Shown in pieces: positions 40,046 through 52,743 of a stretch of DNA of 62,139 bases. The notes beneath the pieces were generated by a model. It was not told where the DNA came from. It made no database searches and worked only from the letters and a program-made list of their open reading frames with translations. Made by a program: the position numbers and the translations under genes. This DNA is from Octopus sinensis (lineage: Eukaryota): positions 1 through 62,139 of the forward strand of contig NW_021832260.1 of assembly GCF_006345805.1 (NCBI RefSeq), in the 5' to 3' direction. How positions within the stretch are numbered: position 1 is the first letter of the stretch; the number at the start of each line of letters is the position of its first letter.

Positions 40046-40305
40046 TATATATTCTATTCTTTCTTCTCATTTTTCGTTTTCTCCTCCTTCTTCTCCTTCA
40101 ATGTGTTTTCTTCAGCTCGTTTCCTTCCCTCCTTCCTATTCTTATGCGTATATATCCACTTCATCCACCACTACATTTTATCTACCTCACTTACTCTTCC
40201 CACGTTTAATTTTCTATTTACAATTATTATTTTGAACCACCGAGCCCAGAGAAACAGCTGCTGGACGAGTGAAACTCTTATTCAAACCCCTTAATTCCCG
40301 ATATC

Positions 40306-40329
<24 letters not shown>

Positions 40330-40345
<16 letters not shown>

Positions 40346-41115
40346 AGAAATAAGATGAAAAAACTAAGATTTGTTTTAAAAGGCTAAAAAATATATTAGA
40401 ATCATCATAGAAAAAGTATTATACAATATTTTACAAAATAGGATCTTTTTCTTCCAACATAATAACCGGTTTTGCTAACGCTTTTCAAATTTTGAGTTTT
40501 AGATGAAATTCTGAATTAGACATTTTGTTTGCTAGGGGGTGATAATTAGTAACCAAGGTATTTTTCAGTAAAGCAGGGTGTAAATCTGTAATTTTTAATA
40601 TTGGCCTACATTAAATTCTTACAATAGTTGGGATGATTCTTTAATTTTTAATATGGGTTTATATTTAACTCCTGTTTATATTTTTCGATAAATGAGGCCT
40701 CTTTATTTAGTTGTACTTGTGTTGAGGCGCAAGTAGCAAATTGATGTAATAGGAGGATATTTGTTGTCTGCGGACTGTACATCTTCGTCTGATCGACATT
40801 CCTGTCGATTCTATATAGCTTTTACTGTAGCTCGAACATCTGATTACATAAACAACCTTTTCAGAGGGGCAAGTAAAGTTGGATTTAACTTTGAATTTTT
40901 GCCTTTGTCTAAAATGGAATTCTAATCCTTCCAAAAGCTTGAGATATGTTCCGAAGTTAGGACCATAATTTTTTACTCTTGTGTCCGTTATACTTGAGAA
41001 TAATTTAGCATTTGTGAAGATCTTCTTTAAAGTCTTTGGTTGTTTGCTGCTATTGATGTATGTACAAATGTACAAAGAAACTCCACTGAGGCTGGAGTTG
41101 TTCTGTGTTGTCAAG
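40330..41115 (-). mobile_element. Decayed PLE 3' end (different family; GIY-YIG plus 3' UTR)
   Basis: KQPKTLKKIFTNAKLF...FKVKSNFTCPSEKVVYVIRCSSYSKSYIESTG...RRRCTV, and the terminal EASFIEKYKQELNINPY* (stop at 40648-40650). Confidence 0.85.
40461..40491 (-). ncRNA. Minimal type I hammerhead-like motif with U3:A8 core and a G12A lesion
   Basis: AAU-UUGAAAA-GC-GUUA-GC-[A]AA-ACCGGU-U-AUU, about 157 nt downstream of the PLE stop codon. Confidence 0.6.
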
Positions 41116-41426
41116 ACTTATGTTGTAAAACTGATAAAGACACTACTGCGAACGTGTCGTGAGGAGTGGAAAATCTAATGTTTTGGACAGAGTTCTTCTT
41201 CAGGAGAAAACAGACGGAGAGAAATTAATGAGAGACAGCAGAGTTTTACAGTCTCTGAGTTAAGAAAGACTGGCTGTAAGTGATAAGGAATTCAGGATCA
41301 CGTGAGATTTTATACGTGAACGAGAAGTGCCTAATTACTTTCTTTCCTTTCGACTCTTCCTCTGAAAAAAGATTGTGCCCGAGACGTGTATTTTCCCTCT
41401 CCGCAGAAGTTCACTTTCCCCTTATT

Positions 41427-41462
<36 letters not shown>

Positions 41463-41683
41463 CGCGTGTGAGAGTTCATATATACATATGTACATATATA
41501 TATGTATGTGTGTGTGTACATATGTATATATGTTTATATATGTGTATAAAAAGCAAGTAAGTAACAAGGATAACAAGGTATTAGTGCATTACGGCCGTTT
41601 CAGGCAGCTCCATATATATATATGTATATATACATAAATACATAATACATACATACATGCACACACAAACACCACAGACACGC

Positions 41684-41740
<57 letters not shown>

Positions 41741-42637
41741 CAAGCAGAATTAGCGGTTGTAGTAACCGTCTAAGGGATAATAATATCCGTATTTACTATC
41801 GGCATCAATTATCTGTGCTATCCCTGGGGATGCGTATACAGGCACACTATGCTCATAGTGTACAGGTAACAACAGAATAAACAAAAGTTTATCAGGAATC
41901 AAATTTAAAGAATCACTTTATTTTACGCATTTGTATTCGGCCTGATGAAACGCCATGTTTCGATAGCACCGACTAACATTGGAATCGGAATCGGTCGTAA
42001 GAAACCTTATGTCATATGCACGAACTCACAAACTCATAGAAATATGTACATCTATATTGATAAAAGTTTCGCACACGGAACGACAAAGGAACATTTGGAA
42101 GAACAACATTTCAAGCACATTATAGTCACGAACATGCTTAATACTTTGTCAGTTATCGACCGAATGTCACTAGAATTTTGACACCTACGAACATAGACTT
42201 AAATTTTGCGGTGTTTGCATGGGAAGGTGCTGGTTTAGAAATGAGCAAACATGAATTGCGAAAACGAACAGGAAATTGATTGACAAATACAACAGGAACA
42301 GATGTAGTCTGTAGACCAGACGGTAAATCAAGAGGTGTTATGAAGACAACGGGAAAATGATAAATGATAAATAACGGAGAAACGAATAAGAACGGCCCTT
42401 AACAGAAGAAATAAGTAACCGAATAATGTTTTGCGACTATGGGACAAGAATATGTGTTTGTGCTAACAGGCAAGGAGGTGATTGTTTCGGATTTCGGAAA
42501 ATATGAGACAGAGAGATAATGAAGGAATAAAGGAGTAAACAGAAACAATTAAAGAAGCGAAGATTATCTATCTTCGCTTCTTTAATTGTTTTAAGAGATC
42601 GATCGATCTATCGGATATATGGATATAAAGAGAGAGT

Positions 42638-42683
<46 letters not shown>

Positions 42684-43952
42684 AGTAATAGGAAAAAAAG
42701 GCAGCCCTTTAAGAACGTTTTTAAAAGAGTTGGAGAAACCCTGAGGTAGAAAACACATACGCATGGATACACACGCACAGACACACGCACAACCCAAACC
42801 CACGGACACAGACGCACATAGGCACACACTGAGACATATGTGTTTGATTTATATGTCAATAATACTAAAAGGGTAAAATCAATTAATCAATTAATAATTA
42901 ATAATTTTACCAATTAGCTCGGTATGTTAAAATAACCTTTTTACGTAAAATCATACAAATATTCTATAATTTTAAACAATTATAATCAGGGGTCAGTTAA
43001 TTGCTTCGCCACACACTGTGTTACTGTTTGGGAGATCTTTATGGTAGCAGAAAAGGCATTTTAGCTCCTATTTCTAAATTCGGTGCGTGGTGAAACAATT
43101 AACTGACTCCTGATTATGATTATGTTTATAATTATAGAATGTTTGATTTTTATATATATATATATAATATATATATATATGTGGTTGTGTGGTGTGTGTG
43201 TGTGTGTGGTGTGTGTGTGTGTGTGTTGTGTGTGTGTGTGTGTGTGTGGTGTAAAGTGTGTATGTATGTATATAATGCACATCACTCTATCCGAAGTTGT
43301 TCTCGATAACGCCGAAAAAGCTACGACATTGACGATTGTTCCGCTGTAGCGGTTGAACTTTTAAATCCGGTGACCAATCACAACTCAAGGTTCATGTTAA
43401 AGGCTCTTAAAAGATAACAATAAACGAACTTACAGAAACTGAATCGGACGAAAAGAAGTCAAAACAATTCACTTTATGATACTTGCATATGAATCCAATA
43501 AATATCGATAAATTGATTGATCGATTGATTAGTGAGAGTACGAAAACCACTGCGGCAAATTCGATAATGTCCTCCACAAGTCGCTGTTGTAACACATTGC
43601 ATCACTGCGCATGACTGAACCATGATTTGCTTCTCACTTGAATGCTTTTGTTTATTGTTCTTTTTAAATTTCGTTTTCTTTCTGGTCTTGTTTTTTTTTG
43701 GGGTTTGTTTCTCGATTTTTCTGTTGGTTCTATTGGTTGTAGTGATGGTGTTATTGGTATTGTTGGTAGTCTTGATGGTGGTTGGGCGGTGAAGAGTGCT
43801 GTGGCTTGTTTTGGAAACTATCTTAGAATTATGGCTGAGTTTATATCATCGTTCATACATACATTATCTCCATACTTTCATTCATAGATACATACAAACA
43901 CACATACACACGTATGTATCTCTCTCTCTCTTATTCACTCTCTCTCTCTCTT

Positions 43953-44002
<50 letters not shown>

Positions 44003-44079
44003 CATAGATAGTTAACAGATATATACATTAGTACTATGTGTGCATGTATGTATATATCTATATCGATATCAATCTATCT

Positions 44080-44123
<44 letters not shown>

Positions 44124-45829
44124 ACACACACTTACGCAAACACACACACACACACACACATACACACAGGCATCAATAACTTTCTTGTCTTCGAGTTTTG
44201 GCATCATTTCAATATTTATTTCAAGAATTAAGCTTAACTGACTTATGAATGCTTCACACGTTTTATTTTTAGTTTTAGCCTCCAATTATTATTATTATTA
44301 TTATTATTATATTATTATTCCTCTTTCACTCGATATAATAATTTCTCCATCCTCGCTGTTTTGTGCAACGCTTCTTTCATACTGTCCCCAAAAAGCCGCC
44401 CTTGTGGAAACGCTTATGCTCCTTCTCCCCCTCCTTCTCTAATTCCACCTCCTGCTTCTTGTATTACTGCGTTTTGTTGTTGTTGATTTTATTTTTGCTG
44501 TTATTGTTGCTTGTTAATATGCAGCCACTTTTGAGGTATGAAGGAAAAAATATTCACCCAGAAGCAATGATAAAATAATTTTCTTGAACCAGAAGAATAT
44601 AAAAAGGGACAGAAAGCAAGGGACAACAGTCAATGCAGACATATTTGGACATGTATCTACATATATATATATATATATGCATATGTTTATGTATATATAT
44701 ACGCACACACACATATATATGTGTATCTATCGATAAAGAGAAAGAGGAGACAGATAAGCGGCTATATATATATATATTATATATATATTATATATACATG
44801 GAGAGAGAGAGAAAGTTGATTTAACAAAATGAACAAATGGTCGACCGAACGATCTGTTAAATAAGAAGTATTGTGAAGAACACTAGCGAAGCTCTGCGAA
44901 TTTTTACCTTCAAGTTGGTTTATTTTTGTCATTCAATACAATTAATTGGTCGCTTTTAGAAGAATAAAAAAGAAAGCAAATATAAGAACAAACGAAGGGT
45001 AGATAGCTAAACAGAATCGAACCAAAACCAAACAATGATTGCAGGAATAACAAGTAAAAATGGTGAAGAAGGAACAAAAGTAGCGGTTTTCGCAGATAGA
45101 GTTGGAATGATGAAGAGTTGTGCGCTGGAATTTATTTTTGATGGTGCTTCTGGTCTCGGTAGCGATGTTGATATAGGGGATGGAGGTGTGGTGGTGGCAG
45201 TTAGGTTAGTGAAGGTGGCGGTGGTGGTGTTGCAGGAAATGGTAGTAGTGGTGGTGTTGGGGTGGTGGTATTTCTGATTGCGTTTCTAATGGTGGTGCTG
45301 GTAATGCTGTTGGTGGTGTTGGTGTTCTCAGTGCTAGTGTTAGAGTTGGTAGAGTCGGGGGTTTTGCTGGGGATGGCTTTGAAGATTGTGGTGCTGATGA
45401 TGGCGGCGATGGTGTTGATGATGAGGTAGGGGTGTATCCTGTTCCTGGCCTTGTGCTTTACAAGAATTTCTTTCAGCACAGAGAACAAAGGTGACGCGAA
45501 AGAAGTTGTTCTGTCTGTCTGACTGCCTGTCTGTATGTCTGCCAGTCCGTCTGTCTGCCTATCTGTTTCTCTCTCTCCCTATCTATCTACCTATCTATCT
45601 TTACATACACACACACATATGTATCTTCATACATATATTATACATGTATAAATATATATGTGTGCATATGTGTGTGTATGTATATACGTACATGTATATC
45701 TATGCACGAATGTGGGTGTGTAAATATGTATGTGCATATACATGTATATCTGTCGGTCTGCTTGTCCCATCAATCTCCCTCTATCTTTATGTCCTCTCTC
45801 TCTCATTCCGTCCATCTCTCTCCCTCTTT

Positions 45830-45888
<59 letters not shown>

Positions 45889-46064
45889 AAAGAGAGAGTA
45901 CATATACATATAATAAATGCATATATAAATGCATATATATATATATACATTATATATATATGTATATATATATATGTGTGTATGTATATACCTATACATA
46001 TATATCTATTCATACAGTCACACACACATCTATACATACATACATACATACATACATACATACA

Positions 46065-46098
<34 letters not shown>

Positions 46099-47044
46099 CA
46101 TACATATACATATATATATACGCTCACACGTACGTATTTCGACAGTTTTTTTCCTTTTTTTTTTTGCTTTTAGGTGAGGCTTGTGATAGCATTGTCAAGC
46201 GAATCTTTATGAACGTTTCCAATTGAATGGCTTTCATTTGCTGAATGCCTTTCCAACTTAAAGCCGCCATGTTAATAGGGGTCTTCATACCGAAATAATT
46301 GAAAGGCCTAATGACATTGCAGATACTCTACCGTTAACATGTACAACAACCACAAATAAAAAAGACTCATTGGTTGAGCAGTAATTAAAAATTCTTGTTA
46401 TACCCTAACCTGAATAGAAAGTGTTTCCTTCACGATTCTCATTTCTAATTAACTATTTTTAGATAATCAATATTAATTAACTACTAGTAATTATACACTT
46501 CAAAAATTACACAATTGCTAATTTTCCACGTTGAATGAAATTAAGTCCGTCCGTTACGAAAACGGTATGATATTTTGAAGGTAAGGTATAAGGGAATTCT
46601 CATTCACCATCACCGCAAATGCTGCCACCAGAACCATCACCACCAGCACCACAATGACGACGACGACGACGACTACCACAACCACCACCACCACCACCGC
46701 CGCCGCCACTCGTTTACGTAACTAGCTGCCATGTAAAAACTGCACTCACGTAAATTCTCCCTCGTGAGTTATTCTGTTGCTATGGTATCGGCGTTGCAGC
46801 ATGCAGAATAACGAGAGTATGATGAATGCAACTGTAGCAAAAATACATTCATGTTATGTCGTCTCTTGTATTTTACGAAGAAACGATAGAAACGTATGGA
46901 TGGTCACATGTTTCTCTGCGGCTGCTGGTGGTGTTGAATAACTCAATATTCTGCAGTTTTCAACTTTACGAGAATTAACGATGTTCCAATTTGTCGAATA
47001 AACGAAAATTTGCAGACCTTTTGAAGTAATTTGTAAGAGTTCGT

Positions 47045-47650
47045 GTTAGGGTCAGTTTTAGGGATAGAATCATGGTGAGTTAGATGGTAAATAAGGATTA
47101 GGTTAAGGTTGGACTTAATGTTAGTGCTAGATTTAGGATGAGACCTTAAGGTAGCATTAGGATAAGTGTTAAGATTGGTATTTTGGTTAGGGTGAAGCTT
47201 AGAACTAGATTTAAGATTGGGAGATTAGAGTTTAGGTTAGTGTTAAAGCCAGGGATAAGGCTTGTGTTAGATTTAAGGTTAATGTTGGGTTGAGTTATCG
47301 TAAGTATAAGTGCTAACCCTTTGCCTGTGAAAAGCGTGTTCTAAACACCCGTGCTTGTTTTCAGACTTTTAGTTAACCCTTGTTTCATATGTTGTGAGTA
47401 ATAATAAAGCTTCCTTTTAATAAACCGCCAAAATATTCTGGTAACTGAAAAAAATTGGGAATGTATATCGTATATAATGCATGGACACCAGAGAAATAGT
47501 CTTGTGTATCACATGTGATGCACAGGACAGGCAAAGGATGAAGGTTAAATCTAGTGTTCGGATTAGAGATAAGATTAGCGTTAGTGTTGGGGTTAGGGTT
47601 AGAGTTGAGTTTAGTATCGGGGTAGGAGTTATTGTTAGCATTAGCTCTAG
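47045..47650 (+). repeat. Two blocks of decayed TTAGGG-like hexamer repeats (47045-47295 and 47540-47650)
   Basis: Recurrent ttaggg/ttagat/ttagag/ttagtg at about 6 nt periodicity. Confidence 0.7.
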
Positions 47651-47706
47651 TGTATTTATTGGTAGTGACACATCATTTCGCTCTTTTACTTTTGTTGGCC
47701 AGCACC

Positions 47707-48100
47707 TTTATCTTTTACGTGTTTCAGTCATTAGACTGCGGCCATGCAGGGGCTTCGCCTTCAAGAATTTTAGCTGAATGAATCGAACCCAGAACTTATT
47801 TTTATTTTTAAGTTTCGTACTTAGTCTATTGGTCTCTTTTGCTGAACCGATATGTTACGGGGACGTAAACACACTAGCACCGGCTGTCAAATGGTGGTGG
47901 TGAAAACACAAACACTCATACACTCACACACGTGCATATATATATATATACGACATGGGATTCATTCAGTTTCTGTCTACCAAATCCACTCAGAAGGCTT
48001 CGGTCGGCCCGATGCTGAAGTAGAAGACACTCTCCAAAGTGTGCCTGAACCAGGAACGATGTGGCTAAGAAGCAAATTTCCTTACTACACAGCTACCTGT
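47707..48100 (-). mobile_element. Family B SINE
   Basis: Full head-to-tail match, diverged. Confidence 0.88.
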
Positions 48101-48176
48101 ACTTTACTTGTTGCTTTTTAGCCATTTTCTTTCGAAGTCCAAACAGTTGAGAACATTTCACTGATCTACTTCATGT

Positions 48177-48210
48177 TTTCTGACGATGGACAATAAACCG
48201 AAACGTTAAA
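48177..48210 (+). ncRNA. Orphan minimal type I hammerhead motif with canonical core
   Basis: UUU-CUGACGA-U-GG-ACAAUAAA-CC-GAA-ACGU-U-AAA. Confidence 0.6.
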
Positions 48211-48891
48211 TTCTCTATTGTTTCTTCTTAAGCATAGAATTTTTTTGTACTCTTATTTACTTGCGCTGTTTTTCATACCGGAGATGTTTTGAATTTTAAA
48301 AAATGAAGCAATACACGCGAACGATGTATGTCTTGATTTGCAGTCACACGGGACAATCAATCTGCAAAGTATTTGATCATTGATTGGCTCAATTTGGGTT
48401 GATATTAGGTTAAATAGTATCAACAAAAACAACTACTACACCAAAAACTTCATCGACACCTTGGATCCATTTGGGATCGAGAGTGAAAATGTGTCGTTCT
48501 AAATATTAATACGTTTGTACAAGGCCTTATGAACTGGCAAAATTAAATCATTTATCTAAATAGATTTGATTCGCCTAGGAAATTACCGGCGTCAAAACTT
48601 TCCCTCATCAACCAGCGAGCAATTCAGTAGTCAAATTTATATTAAACTTACCAGACCGTAAGAAAATGATTGGAGAAAAGAAACCGTTGCTCTCTGTTAT
48701 TTTTGTTGTTGTTAAATGTGTTATTTTATTTTCTAACAGTTTTTTTTTTTTCATTATTGTTTTGTGAGAATGGCTTATGTTTTCTTCTGTTTTTTCCCCC
48801 TCATTATGTTTATGACTAAATAATGGTCTTCAATATCCGAACTACATTTTGTTAGATATGTATGTATGTTCATATATCTATATTTTTTATT

Positions 48892-48939
<48 letters not shown>

Positions 48940-49270
48940 TACATACACATGTATGCATGGTATGTATGTTTATATGTTTTATGATTCTAAAGTTTTTAGT
49001 CCTGGCAAAAACTATCCGCCCGAATATAAATGATATCTTATGTTTCTTAAAGATTTATTTAACTGTTTATTATTACAACCAAACTATTTCCTCCTCCTCC
49101 TCCTCCCCTCCTGCCCCCTCTTTCTGCTGACATTGTTTATTTTCCCCTTAATTTAGTAGTATAAGCAGCAGTAGCGACAGCGGCTGCAGTAGGGGTTGTG
49201 GTAATGTCTTGACACGCGGAGCTTGGGCTGACAGTTCGATTTTTAGTACTTCTTTTTAGTCTTTTTATGA

Positions 49271-49517
49271 TTTACTTGTTTCGGTTATTAGGCTGCGGTC
49301 ATGCTGGGGCACGGCCCTGAAGAATATTTTAGTCTCATGAATCGATCTCGGTACTTGTTTTAGCCTGGTACTTTTCTATCCGACTCCTTTTGCTGAACCG
49401 CTATATCATGGAGACGTAGACAAATTAGCACCGGTTGTCAAGCGGTGGTGGAGGACGCAAACACACACACGCACGGAACCATGTGGTTGGGAAGCAAACG
49501 TTTTGCAACACAGTCAC
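49271..49517 (-). mobile_element. Family B SINE with internal deletion
   Basis: Tail ttacttgtttcggttatt...gctgaaccgct..., and head ggaaccatgtggttgggaagcaa. Confidence 0.8.
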
Positions 49518-49561
49518 CCTTCTTCAACGCCCGCATTCAGATGAAGCCCATCCAAGATATT

Positions 49562-50198
49562 TCTTTATTGCCCACAGGAAGCTAAACATAGAGGGGGACA
49601 GACAAGGTCAGACAAAGGAATAAAGTCGGTTACATTAACTCCAGTGCGTAACTAGTGGTAGAATCGTTAGCACGCTGGGCGAAATACTCAGCGGTATTTC
49701 GTCTGCCGTTACGTTCTGAGTTAAAATTCCGCCGAGGTCGACTTTGCCTTTCATCCTTTCGGGGTGGATTAAATAAGTACCAGTTACGCACTGGTGTCGA
49801 TACAAGCGATTTAATCCGTTTGTCTGTCCTTGTTTGTCCTCTCTGTGTTTAGCCCCTTGTGGGTAGTAAAGAAGTAGGTATTTATTTCATCGACCCCAAA
49901 AGGATGAAAGGCTAAGTCGACCTCGGCGAAATTTGAACTCAGAACGTAACGGCAGACGAAATACCTATTTCTTTACTACCCACAGGGGGCTAAACACAGA
50001 GAGGACAAACAAGGACAGACAAATGGATTAAGTCGATTATATCGCCCCCAGTGCGTAACTGGTACTTATTTAATCGATCCCGAAAAGATGAAAGGCAAAG
50101 TCGACCTCGACGGAATTTGAACTCAGAAGGTAGCGGCAGACGGAATACCGCTAAGCATTTCGCCCGGCGTTCTAACGATTCTGCCAGCTCAACGCCCT
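49562..50198 (-). mobile_element. Nested family A SINE composite (minus-strand dimer with a plus-strand copy inside), flanked by a 16 bp TSD
   Basis: gcccatccaagatatt at 49546-49561 and 50199-50214. Inner plus-strand copy at 49654-49876; dimer junction at 49965/49966. Confidence 0.92.
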
Positions 50199-50634
50199 GC
50201 CCATCCAAGATATTGTTTTAGCAATATTTATGATTATTACACAGCGAAACCGTTGTTGCTGATGGAGCGAAACAGAAAGAATTACGTGAAGTTTTCATTC
50301 ATTTACAGTGTGTGTGTGTGTGTGTGTGTTGTGTGTGTGTGTGTATGTACAGATTTGTATAAATTGTATGTTTTATGTATATATTCTCATGCATATATCT
50401 TGAAAATTCAGTAACTTCTAAACTGGAGTGAGGCAGCATGCTCTTTGCTTATCTCCTTAACTTCTTGGAGATTTTAAATATAATTATACTAATGTGTCCA
50501 TCTGTTCTAATTTAATTAAATGCTATGTCTTTGTGCAGCTGAAGATTGCCCTGCATTTTAGATTGATGTAATGATTGCATTGTTCAATTGACCGCTAAAT
50601 CTACAAGTTTTTTTTCGTTCTCTCTCTCTCTCTC

Positions 50635-50780
50635 TGTTTATTTTCTCTTATTCCTTTCTGCTGAAGAGCGTAGACTCGAAACGTAAAATACTTTTTTCAT
50701 TTTCCCGAGCGTCAAACCAATACACTTGGTTGTTGCTATACACCCGTCTTCGTCTTTTGTTTTTCTATAAATTTCATCTA
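50635..50780 (+). mobile_element. Family H1 short repeat containing a hammerhead-like motif (50655-50688, CUGCUGA core)
   Basis: UUU-CUGCUGA-A-GAGC-GUAG-ACUC-GAA-ACGU-A-AAA; homologous to 8915-9040. Confidence 0.65.
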
Positions 50781-50994
50781 TCTATCTATCTATCTATCTA
50801 TCTATTATCTATCTCCGATGAAGGGATATAAAAGACATTTATAAATGTTCTAAAATCTTCAAAGCCTTGGTCTTTTTTTTTTTTCATCTCATTCTGAAAA
50901 AAACTATATATATATAAGGTCTCAAAATGACCGAAACCGGTACTGAAATGTTTTCTTTATAAAATTATTTTAGCAGATTCTATTTTGACTAGTT

Positions 50995-51041
<47 letters not shown>

Positions 51042-52743
51042 TGTGTTGTGCATTGGCGTTTGCGTGTGCTATATCTATCTGTCAATCTATATATCTTCAT
51101 AGATACATATAAAAGAGTACTAATATGTATATTTATGCAGAAAATGAAATATGTATGTATCTACCTATCTGTCTGTCTTGTCTGTCTATCTACATGCATA
51201 TACATGTAGATATTTATTGTACAATTTTATATACGTCACAATTAATACAATTTTAGTTTGAAATTGCCTTTTGTTTCAGTTTTTTTTCTTTTCAAGCTAA
51301 AATTTATATTTTTAAAAAATTCTAATTTAATAATAAAACTTGTAAATTTATTGCATGCTATCCTGTCAAATAGAAACCACCTACATATATTTTGAACAAG
51401 TTTATGACCTTCCAATTTAAAAATATGAGCCGCAATGTCCTAATATATTACAGTATTCAGGTATCCCTAAGTCCATATAAATTCAATGTCCCGAATTTAT
51501 TTAATTTTTATTTATCATTCAATGTATTTAATGTCATTTATTTTAGTTATCTATAAATTTCATTTATGACAGTATGTGACTAAATTTTAGGCATGGTTGA
51601 GTGGATAAGAACGTCGATATACATCAACGTGGTTTCTGTTTCACTCTTACTGGACGGAACATTTTGTAAGATTCTTCTACAATAAACTTAAGCCGACCGA
51701 TGCCCTTTGAGTGAAATTTGGTGGATAGGAACTGAGAGGAAACCTGTGGTATATGCATACATATATAAATATACTCTCTCTCTCTCTCACACACACACAT
51801 ACACATACATATACATATATACACAAACAAATATATACAGGCATACCTCACCCTACGTCGTTAATTGGTTCCAGGAGATACAACTTAAGTCGAGTTAACT
51901 TGTCTCTAGGCTCGGCTTGGTCGAATTTACTTTCTCTAGTCTAAACTGATAATAACCATTCTTAGTTCTGTACTTTATTCATGAATGGATTTTCAATAAT
52001 ACATGGTTAAAAAAAACCCATTAGTGCTAAATTCTTATCCTTATCATGTACAGCCGTCGATGCAGTTGTCCAACTCATCCCAAAAGGTCGTGCAATTGCT
52101 ACCACTTGTTCACCTTTTTCATGGCGTCTTATTATAGTTTACCTTCGAACGTTATAGCATGGCGCGTAGCACTTTCACTATGAATTTTCTTGGGAGACAT
52201 GAGGGCAAAAATTAAAGCCACAAATGAATGAGAATGAGAAAGTAGCCAATAAACAGACACAAACAAATCTGAATTCAAAACAATCGCTGGAATCACGAGT
52301 AACAATGACGGCTAACGGTAGATATTAGAACTACAGTGCAATATGAGCTCCGAAAGACCGATAGATAAGATAACACAACTGATTTCATGATTTGGTTCAC
52401 TAAGCTACACTACTTTATGGTGTGCATCTTAACATTTACTGTACGCATTTTAATATAATTTTATTCTTATTCATTGTACAATAACATGATTTTATGTGCT
52501 TTTAACGGTTTTCTAGTGATTTTACGATTCCAGTATTTGTGGCGGACAGACGTAAAGTCGAGTAAAATGACTTAACTTGATTTTTATTTTTCCATATATT
52601 ATTTTTGAAAACCGACGTATAATCGGAGAATGACTTAAATCGAAACGACTTAAGCCAAGGTATGCTTATGTATATACATGTGTGTGTACATATATGTATA
52701 CAAATGCATACGCAAATACATAGATACATGCATATATATATAT

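Noticed and set aside
43290-43640. Promoter-like cluster (GACCAATCAC, ACTGCGCATG)
   Set aside because: Short motifs expected by chance; no linked exon or transcript.
45035-45488. Thr/Pro/Ser-rich and Val/Gly-rich ORFs
   Set aside because: Decayed (ACC/GGT)n trinucleotide repeat, like 36700-36870 and 46610-46710; no splice or domain support.
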